Shown in pieces: positions 16,853 to 23,286 of a stretch of 30,462 bases of DNA; the stretch's first letter is position 1, and every line of letters starts with the position of its first letter. The stretch comes from a virus. Lineage: Duplodnaviria; Caudoviricetes. The position numbers and the translations under genes are program-made. The notes under the pieces are model-generated. The model made no database searches, was not told the DNA's origin, and was given only the letters and a program-made list of their open reading frames with translations. The stretch lies in the IMG/VR virus record IMGVR_UViG_3300033076_000779, positions 1 to 30,462 of that record; one strand, 5' to 3'.

Positions 16853-19207
16853 ATGACAATGGACTTTCGCGGTCTGGCCGACCGCCTGCTGGCCGACGCT
16901 GACAGACTGCTCGCGCAGTGGCTGCCGGCAGGCAAGCGCATCGGCGCCGAATACCGCGTGGGCAGCCTAGCCGGCGAAACTGGGCAGAGCCTGAGCATCA
17001 ACGTTCGCACCGGGCGCTGGGCCGATTTCCAGAGCGGCGAGCGCGGCGGCGACCTGATCGACCTGTACGCTGCGATTCACGGGCTGGAGCTTGGCGAGGC
17101 ATACCGTGAGTTGGACGGCAGCCCTGGTGTGCCGGCAGCGGGTACGGTAAAACCCCGCCCGCCGAAACCAGCGCGGCAGGTGATCATGCCCGTGCCGGAC
17201 GAGGTGGCCGACTGCGACTGCATCCACCCCGATTACGGCCCGCCCACGCACCGCTGGACGTACTTTGACGGCAACGGCGAGGTCTTGGGCTACGTGGCCC
17301 GCTACCAACCTGCCGGCACGCGAAAGCAGATCATCCCGTGGACCTACGCCGCTGAGGGCTGGGGCCGTGGTCAGTGGCCGGCACCGCGCCCGCTGTACAG
17401 GCTGCAGGAACTGGAAGCGCGGCCAAATGATCCCGTGCTGATCTGCGAGGGCGAAAAAGCCACCGATGCCGCAGCGCAGTGGGCCGATCCTTACGTCGCA
17501 ATGACCTGGCCCGGTGGCTCGCAGGCTCTGCACCTAGCGGATTGGTCGCCACTCATGGGACGCAAGGTCTTGCTCTGGCCTGACGCAGACGACGCGGGCA
17601 GGCTGGCGGCGCTGCGCTTGGCCGAGATCCTGCGCGACATCGTAATCGAAATCAAAATCGTAGACGTCACCGGCCAGCCTGACGGGTGGGACGCGGCCGA
17701 TGCCGGGTTTCGCAGCTGGGCCGAGGCCCGCGCCTGGCTGCAGCCGCGCGTGCTGGTGCTGGACGCGCCGCCACCGGCACCGCCGGCACCGGAATTCGAG
17801 CCGGCGCCGAAGCCAGAGCCGCCGCCTGCAGCAGAGTACGCGCAGGCCGAGGCAGCCGTTGCAGAGCGCGACCCGTCGTCACTGCTGCCGGCAGAGTGGC
17901 ATAAACGGTTCGCTTACGTCGTGCCCGATGATGCGTATTTCGACCTGGCGCAGAAACAGGAGTATTCGCGCGCTGCATTTAACGCGGCGTTCCGGCACGT
18001 TCGATGCCATAGCGTGCATTTAAACGCAGATGGCAAAGCCAAGCGCATCGAAGCTGCCACGTCGTATGACGAAAACCGGGTAGCGATGGGCGGGCGCATG
18101 CTGGCCGGCATCACATATGCGCCGGGGCGCAATGTGTTGTGTGAGCATACTGGGCAGGTATTCGGCAACAAATGGAAAGACGCCCGACCCGCCGTCAGCG
18201 GTGGCGATCCCGGGCCGTGGTTGGAGCATGTCCAGCGCCTGATCCCTGACGACGCCGAGCGCAAGCATTTCCTTGACGCACTGGCATTCAAAGTACAAAA
18301 CCCCGGCGTGAAAATCAATCATGCGCTGCTGATCGGCGGTGCGCAGGGTGCCGGCAAAGACAGCATGATCGCCCCGCTGCTTTATGCCATCGGAGGCGAG
18401 AACAAAACTAACTGCACTAGCGTCGAAACTACGGAACTTACGCAGCCGTGGGGGTATTTCCTCGAAAACGAGGTCATTATCTTCAACGAACTGCGCCAGA
18501 CTGAGGCTATCGACCGTCGCGCACTGGAAAACCGGCTGAAGCCGATTCTCGCGGCCCCGCCTGAGCTACTGACCGTGCAGCGCAAGGGCGCGCACCCGGT
18601 ACAGGTGCTGAACCAGGCTCTCGTGCTGGCCATGACCAATTTCCGCGACGCAATTGCCATCCCGACCGAGGACCGGCGGTGGTTTGTCCTGTGGACCGAC
18701 GCGCCCCGCATGGCAGAGGCCGATGCCGCCGCGCTGTGGCGTTATTTCCGCGCGGGCGGGCTGCAGGCCGGCGCCGCGTATCTGCGTCAGCGTGACGTGT
18801 CGGCATTCAATGCGGGCGCCACGCCGCCGTGGACCGAGGCTAAATCCATTATGGTCAGCCAAGCCCGCAGTCTGTCAGAATCGTGGCTCATCGAGCGCAT
18901 TCAGCGCAGGAGCGAGGAATTCCGCGCGCCTGTGGTCTGCGGCCCGTGGTCTCGCCTCGTAGAGCGGCTGCAGGAGCAGGCGCCGCCGCAGGTGCGGGTA
19001 TCGATTCAATCGCTCACGCTTGCGCTCGCTGAGGCCGGGTGGCGTGATTTTGGGATGTGCAAGAGTCGCGCTTATCAATCGGCGGCGCATTGTTTCGTGT
19101 CGCCAGAATTCCACGGCACGAAAAGCGAGGCCCGCGATGCCGCAATGGCTGCCAGCACGACGCCTGGCGTCGTGCGGCATTTTCCACGTACCGCATCGGG
19201 CGACTGA
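16853..19207 (+). CDS. Primase-helicase: ZBD-like N-domain, TOPRIM primase, Pro-rich linker, DUF5906/SF3-like helicase
   Basis: TOPRIM 'VLICEGEKA.DA' and 'LWPDADDAG'; Walker A 'GAQGAGKD'; Walker B 'IIFNE'; motif C 'AMTN'; 'DRRW' Arg finger; RBS GGAGG. Confidence 0.88.
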   Translation: MTMDFRGLADRLLADADRLLAQWLPAGKRIGAEYRVGSLAGETGQSLSINVRTGRWADFQSGERGGDLIDLYAAIHGLELGEAYRELDGSPGVPAAGTVKPRPPKPARQVIMPVPDEVADCDCIHPDYGPPTHRWTYFDGNGEVLGYVARYQPAGTRKQIIPWTYAAEGWGRGQWPAPRPLYRLQELEARPNDPVLICEGEKATDAAAQWADPYVAMTWPGGSQALHLADWSPLMGRKVLLWPDADDAGRLAALRLAEILRDIVIEIKIVDVTGQPDGWDAADAGFRSWAEARAWLQPRVLVLDAPPPAPPAPEFEPAPKPEPPPAAEYAQAEAAVAERDPSSLLPAEWHKRFAYVVPDDAYFDLAQKQEYSRAAFNAAFRHVRCHSVHLNADGKAKRIEAATSYDENRVAMGGRMLAGITYAPGRNVLCEHTGQVFGNKWKDARPAVSGGDPGPWLEHVQRLIPDDAERKHFLDALAFKVQNPGVKINHALLIGGAQGAGKDSMIAPLLYAIGGENKTNCTSVETTELTQPWGYFLENEVIIFNELRQTEAIDRRALENRLKPILAAPPELLTVQRKGAHPVQVLNQALVLAMTNFRDAIAIPTEDRRWFVLWTDAPRMAEADAAALWRYFRAGGLQAGAAYLRQRDVSAFNAGATPPWTEAKSIMVSQARSLSESWLIERIQRRSEEFRAPVVCGPWSRLVERLQEQAPPQVRVSIQSLTLALAEAGWRDFGMCKSRAYQSAAHCFVSPEFHGTKSEARDAAMAASTTPGVVRHFPRTASGD

Positions 19208-19242
19208 AAAAAATCCCCGGGGATCTGAATCAACCCGGGGAT
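19207..19242 (-). terminator. Intrinsic terminator (minus strand)
   Basis: ATCCCCGGG-N12-CCCGGGGAT stem followed by a T-run on the minus strand (A7 at 19207-19213 on +). Confidence 0.75.
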
Positions 19243-19300
19243 GGAAGCCGGCAGAACCGGCAGGGAGGAGATAACAGCGAAGGCCCGCCGCGAGCGGGCC
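19207..19300 (-). ncRNA. Candidate ~95-nt anti-Shine-Dalgarno small RNA
   Basis: Bounded by a TTGTGC-N18-TATAAT promoter and an intrinsic terminator. 7-bp 5' hairpin, unpaired GUUAUCUCCUCCC, 5-bp hairpin; no plausible ORF. Confidence 0.55.
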
Positions 19301-19305
19301 CGCGT

Positions 19306-19335
19306 ATTATAGGTCCAGCAGGAGGGCCAGCACAA
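19306..19335 (-). promoter_or_regulatory. Sigma70-type promoter for the candidate sRNA
   Basis: Perfect TATAAT (19311-19306) with TTGTGC (19335-19330) 18 nt upstream. Confidence 0.55.
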
Positions 19336-19369
19336 GGGCCAGCAGCAGGGCTAGGGCGGCCCAGATCAT
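19307..19369 (-). CDS. 20-aa hydrophobic peptide MIWAALALLLALVLALLLDL
   Basis: ATGA overlap with the methyltransferase stop; forms a single TM-length helix. Confidence 0.5.
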   Translation of the reverse strand: MIWAALALLLALVLALLLDL

Positions 19370-19917
19370 AGGCACCCCCATTGCGCGGCCATTGCGGCGG
19401 CGATGCCGGCATAAGTGCGGCTGCGCTCCTTCCATCTGTCGGGTCCGGGCGGCATGCGATGCACGCGGGCTTCGCGCCCATCTACGATGTCGGTAGGCCT
19501 TAGTGTAGGCAGGTTTTTGAGCCACAAGCACGTCGCCTTCGTCTCGCCATGCCCAAATTGCCACGGCTGAATAACTTGATCTGGCTTCCGAATGCGGCTG
19601 CTGATCACACTGACGGGGTTTTCCAGTGCAATGCGCGAAATTGGCGACGCAAGCAACAGACGCACGAAATCCAAGGCTTCGGCCTGCTCGACTTGCTTGT
19701 TTTTGAACCAACGGGCGCCACTGACGGCAAGGTGAGTACACGGAGGATGCGCCACCATCAAATCCCACCTGTCGCCCAGCACATCGCGCACGTCGCCTTG
19801 GTGGTGCGGCCCGGGAGCCTCTGACGGCAGCAGGTCGCAGGACATAGCATCGTGGCCGGCAGCGCGAAATGCGTCGCGCACGGCGCCGGAATACTCGCAG
19901 GCTATCAGGACTCGCAT
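19366..19917 (-). CDS. Minimal (short) C5-cytosine DNA methyltransferase-like protein
   Basis: RBS GGAGG. Motif I variant 'VLIACEYSG', 'SCDL', catalytic motif IV 'AHPPC', motif VI 'ENP', and C-terminal 'RSRTY.GIA.AMA.QW'; only 183 aa. Confidence 0.8.
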   Translation of the reverse strand: MRVLIACEYSGAVRDAFRAAGHDAMSCDLLPSEAPGPHHQGDVRDVLGDRWDLMVAHPPCTHLAVSGARWFKNKQVEQAEALDFVRLLLASPISRIALENPVSVISSRIRKPDQVIQPWQFGHGETKATCLWLKNLPTLRPTDIVDGREARVHRMPPGPDRWKERSRTYAGIAAAMAAQWGCL

Positions 19918-20171
19918 CGCCCAGCCTCCCACTCCATCGCCACCGCCAGTGGCGCCGAGCGCCAAGAACCGAACACGGTTCGTATCGCGGCATCTTCGGC
20001 CCGATACCATGCCCGCATGGCCGTCGCATCGGTCCAGGCTGTGTGATAGCCCGACTGTAGCCAAGCGTCTCGCGCGGAGATGCCGGCAGCCGCTAGCACG
20101 GCGTGAGCGGCATCGAGGCCCCGGGCTAGTGCCTCGGGGTCGGGGTCGCAGTTACGTAACACGAGGGGCAT
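19905..20171 (-). CDS. Hypothetical protein (88 aa)
   Basis: RBS GGAGG and TAATG coupling to the upstream gene. Confidence 0.65.
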   Translation of the reverse strand: MPLVLRNCDPDPEALARGLDAAHAVLAAAGISARDAWLQSGYHTAWTDATAMRAWYRAEDAAIRTVFGSWRSAPLAVAMEWEAGRCES

Positions 20172-20365
20172 TATTCGATCCTCCCGCGCTTTCCGGGCGC
20201 ATCGGAAATGTCTGCTTTGCGAGCCTGCGCGCGCGTGGCGTAAACGTACCTGCGCACGGTGCTGGCGAATGGCCAGCCCATCGTCACCGTCGCGCCCCAG
20301 CCGCCGCGCTCGCGGCGTATGCCGGCATAGACGGAGGTGCCATTCTGGTCCTTCGGGTATCGCAT
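20171..20365 (-). CDS. Hypothetical basic protein (64 aa)
   Basis: RBS GAGAGG; 'Y.TR.QAR.ADIS' pattern. Confidence 0.65.
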   Translation of the reverse strand: MRYPKDQNGTSVYAGIRRERGGWGATVTMGWPFASTVRRYVYATRAQARKADISDAPGKRGRIE

Positions 20366-20392
20366 CGTCGTTTCCTCTCGTTTCAGATCATT

Positions 20393-20698
20393 TCAGTATT
20401 CCATGTCTAGGAACTCTTCACAGCCGTCATGCTTGCCGGTTCTTTTTTTCTTCTCCTCATCTATGGCGCGGCCCAGCAGCATCAGCATGTCGCGTCCCAT
20501 GTGCCACAAAACGAACTCCCAAATTACCTTTTCTCTTTCAATGTCTTCCATGTCCCTAGCGTTTGATTCGTCAGCGGCACGTTTTCGAGTTTCCGCAAGT
20601 TGCTCGCGCAAGTGCTTGATGTACAGAGCATACGCCGGCACCAATAACCGCATGTCGGCCTCGATGCGAAACTCGTAATCGGACTCTTTTTTCGTCAT
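20393..20698 (-). CDS. Hypothetical charged helical protein (101 aa)
   Basis: RBS GGAG before ATG 20698; looks lower in GC than its flanks. Confidence 0.65.
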   Translation of the reverse strand: MTKKESDYEFRIEADMRLLVPAYALYIKHLREQLAETRKRAADESNARDMEDIEREKVIWEFVLWHMGRDMLMLLGRAIDEEKKKRTGKHDGCEEFLDMEY

Positions 20699-20711
20699 CG
20701 TTTCTCCAGTG

Positions 20712-20891
20712 TCAGAACAAAGCCGCCGGCAGCTCGCGCAGCTCATCTGCCGTCAGGGCCTCAGGAACCCCCCTAATCGGCGCCAAGAGCGCCGAACGGG
20801 GGTCGGGTGGTACCACGGTACCGAAAGGCCAGCACGCGGGCGCTGAGGCGCTGCGCTGGCCGTCGGGGGAGTGGCCGGGGAACGGGGTCAC
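20712..20891 (-). CDS. Hypothetical Pro-rich protein (59 aa, WPFG...PAALF)
   Basis: GTGA overlap with the upstream micro-ORF. Confidence 0.55.
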   Translation of the reverse strand: MTPFPGHSPDGQRSASAPACWPFGTVVPPDPRSALLAPIRGVPEALTADELRELPAALF

Positions 20892-20980
20892 CACGGGAAC
20901 ACCCAGATCAGCACGCCGAACGCGCAGCCGATGATCAGGGCGCCGATTACGTCGGCGAATCGAAGGGGGATATCGTGCAT
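20888..20980 (-). CDS. 30-aa membrane peptide (MHDIPLRFADVIGALIIGCAFGVLIWVFPW)
   Basis: Read manually. RBS GGAG; single hydrophobic helix; coupled to the next gene. Confidence 0.6.
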   Translation of the reverse strand: MHDIPLRFADVIGALIIGCAFGVLIWVFPW

Positions 20981-21031
20981 CGCAGGGTCTCCAGTGTGTG
21001 GGGAGTGTGTGCCGGCAGGCTTACGCTGGGC

Positions 21032-21751
21032 TTACGCCGCCACTATCGGGATAAACCGCGAAGCACGCGCGCCGTGGACCACAATCGCCACGCTGGCCTG
21101 AACCGAACCACGTTCGGCACCATCGCACGCGCGGCACGTAATGCATTGCCGGCGTTTACCGCCTTCATCAGAGGCCGGACAGACAATCTCACGCGCGCCC
21201 AAAGCCTGATCGGCAGTACGCACGCGAAACGTCCGCCACCCGAGCGCGCGCGCTACGTCGCGCTCGGGGACGGTGTCCACCGATGCCATAGTCAAACCAC
21301 GCAACCCGAGCGCATATGCGCGGCGCCACTGGTGCGTATAGCCGGTTCTGCCGGCAGCATTGCGCAGCAGCCGGCGCCAAATCCCTGCAGGGATAGCCGC
21401 AGGGTCACCATATGCGCCCATACGCACCACGCGCCCAGCTACTGCAGCGGCAGCATTGGCAGGCGCGAGCAAGGGATACGATCCCCGAACCCATGCGGCG
21501 TAAACTGACGTCACGGATTTACTGACGTCAACATAGCACGAACCGCCGAGTGCGGGTCTGTGTTGGCAGTCACCGCAAATCGATTCGTCGTCACCAGCGC
21601 GAATTGCATCGAGCGGCGCCTGATCGGCGCGCAGGATATATGTCTGCACCATGTTACCCGTCTTCCCATTGACGGAAGACAAAACCGCAATACCGATCAC
21701 GGGCGAGCCGTCGATCAGGCTGGGGCCGTCGTAAAACACAAAACCGGGCAT
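21032..21751 (-). CDS. Gp88/DUF7227-like Cys-rich protein (radical-SAM-like, divergent)
   Basis: 'N.KTG', 'CGDC-x9-CY', 'VRMGAYGDP', 'GYTHQW', 'MASVD', C-terminal 'CPA...CITCRAC...IVVHG'; RBS GAGGAG. Confidence 0.65.
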   Translation of the reverse strand: MPGFVFYDGPSLIDGSPVIGIAVLSSVNGKTGNMVQTYILRADQAPLDAIRAGDDESICGDCQHRPALGGSCYVDVSKSVTSVYAAWVRGSYPLLAPANAAAAVAGRVVRMGAYGDPAAIPAGIWRRLLRNAAGRTGYTHQWRRAYALGLRGLTMASVDTVPERDVARALGWRTFRVRTADQALGAREIVCPASDEGGKRRQCITCRACDGAERGSVQASVAIVVHGARASRFIPIVAA

Positions 21752-21817
21752 TTTCGTTATCTCCTCAGAATCGGGGCCGGGGCCCCGGGGTTATCACGCA
21801 ATCCACTCAGCCTACGA

Positions 21818-21982
21818 TCACCAGACATCGGCCATACGGGCGATTTCTGGCCAGCTGCGATCAAGCATTGAGGGGTCTTCCGTCACCAGCTCCTCGATGC
21901 CGACCATCACGCGGTATTGATGACCCTCGGGGATCACGCGCAGAATCCACGCCAGCAAATGTTCGCGGGTTTCGGTGTCCAT
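21818..21982 (-). CDS. Hypothetical acidic protein (54 aa, MDTETREHLLAWILRVIP...)
   Basis: Read manually. Very strong RBS AAGGAG; first gene of this leftward operon. Confidence 0.65.
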   Translation of the reverse strand: MDTETREHLLAWILRVIPEGHQYRVMVGIEELVTEDPSMLDRSWPEIARMADVW

Positions 21983-22090
21983 CGTTTATCTCCTTCCTCT
22001 CGGCCCCGACCATCGGCGCCACGGGGTCATCATCTCGCCGCTTCCTGACGCGAAACTTACGTCCTACCGCAGCGTGTGGTCTTTCCAGGT

Positions 22091-22338
22091 GTGGCGGTCG
22101 GTGGGGCGGTGGGTGGCGGTCGCTGTGGCATTCTGCGCTCTACTCGGTGGTGGCAATGGTGGCATAGGTTCTCTAGATAGGTTTCATGAAAGGAATAGAT
22201 GTAGCTACATATATATACGTATACGTATAAACGATTTGCGATCGGACTGCCACCATTGCCACAAACCCAAAACCCTTTATAAATCAACGGCTTAGCCGGT
22301 CTGTGTCTATGCCACGTTTTGAGAACAAAGACCGCCAC
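22091..22338. other. Putative replication origin: convergent GTGGCR iterons around an AT-rich palindromic core, with an IHF consensus site
   Basis: Five GTGGCR on the left and four YGCCAC on the right; perfect 15-bp inverted repeat 22150-22164/22248-22262; AATCAACGGCTTA (WATCAANNNNTTR) at 22282-22294. Confidence 0.55.
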
Positions 22339-22343
22339 GCTTA

Positions 22344-22453
22344 AAAGAACGCGTGCAAAGACGCTGCGCTCGCGCTGACGGCGGAAAGAACGCGTGCTCT
22401 TGTGCTGCGCTGCAGCATGGCATGGGCGCATCGATGCTGCGCTGCAGCATGGC
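22344..22453. repeat. Two direct-repeat pairs: AAAGAACGCGTGC x2 and TGCTGCGCTGCAGCATGGC x2
   Basis: 13-mer at 22344-22356 and 22385-22397; 19-mer at 22403-22421 and 22435-22453. Confidence 0.85.
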
Positions 22454-22494
22454 GGCGACCAAGCTAAGTTAGTGAGCACTCACTGGGGGGCATG

Positions 22495-22614
22495 GCCAGC
22501 GTGCTGATCGTCAGTGTGCTGATGATGTGTGTGCGGACCAGGTGGGCAGGGACCGTCAGCATCGAGACCGTCAGTGTGCGGACAATCGGTGTGCTGATCA
22601 TCAGCATGCGGAGG
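22495..22614. repeat. Degenerate 8 x 15-bp tandem array (consensus about RTCAGYRTGCKGAYC)
   Basis: Units start at 22495, 22510, 22525, 22540, 22555, 22570, 22585 and 22600. Confidence 0.75.
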
Positions 22615-22821
22615 GGGGGTGGGGGTAGCCCCGGGTAGGGCCCGCGCAAAGGGCATGTGTGTACGGAGGACCCGCCGACAAATTTTTTTGCATAAACTTT
22701 CCCGCACTGCCAAATTTGGCCCTGGCGCCAAACGATCCCAAGTTTGCTGACGCTGACGGCAATCGCAGGGGCGAGCGTTGCTCGGTTTCATTCCTGCCGG
22801 CAATCGGCTATCATCCCACCC

Positions 22822-23286
22822 ATGTTCCGAGACCTCCCCATAGTAGCCCGCGAACTGAAAGCCACGCCTGATGTGCTGGAGCGGGTATACCAGGCCTCGC
22901 GCTTGGGTTTGCGTGGTGATGCGCTTGCGCTGCGGGCAGGAATGCTGCCGGTGGAGTTTGCCCGCCTGAAGCTCATGGACCCGATGGCCGAGATGGCCGA
23001 GATGAAGGGCCGCGCTGACGCTGAGGGCGACCTGGCCACGACGCTGATGGCGGCCGCGCTGGACGGTGACACGAAGGTGGCGTTGGAGGTGCTGAAGCAC
23101 CGGCACGATTGGGTTGCCAAGCAGCAGGTGCAGGTGGACGTGGCGCAGCAGATCAGTGTGACGGCAGCGCTGGAAGCGGCGCAGGGGCGGCTGCAGCGGG
23201 GGTTGGCCGTGGAGATTGAGGATGCCGTGGAAGTGCGGCCGAGAAGTATTACGCCTGCGGCGCTGCCGGCAGAAAGGCCCGCGTAA
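22822..23286 (+). CDS. terS: Putative terminase small subunit
   Basis: 154 aa immediately upstream of and coupled (TAATG) to terL. N-terminal HTH-like segment, central helices, and a 'W...QQVQVDV' beta tail. Confidence 0.65.
   Translation: MFRDLPIVARELKATPDVLERVYQASRLGLRGDALALRAGMLPVEFARLKLMDPMAEMAEMKGRADAEGDLATTLMAAALDGDTKVALEVLKHRHDWVAKQQVQVDVAQQISVTAALEAAQGRLQRGLAVEIEDAVEVRPRSITPAALPAERPA

Noticed and set aside
19307-20064. Long N-terminal extensions of the MTase (to 20064) and of the 20-aa peptide ORF (to 20029)
   Set aside because: They overlap better-supported upstream genes. RBS and coupling evidence favours starts at 19917 and 19369.
22344-22614. Possible CRISPR or mini-array
   Set aside because: Repeats are only 13-19 bp, occur as pairs or abut without unique spacers, and no cas genes are present.
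22057-22649. ORFs 22057-22479 (-) and 22464-22649 (-)
   Set aside because: They translate the iteron and 15-bp repeat DNA, start at TTG/GTG-type codons without convincing RBSs, and have low-complexity products.
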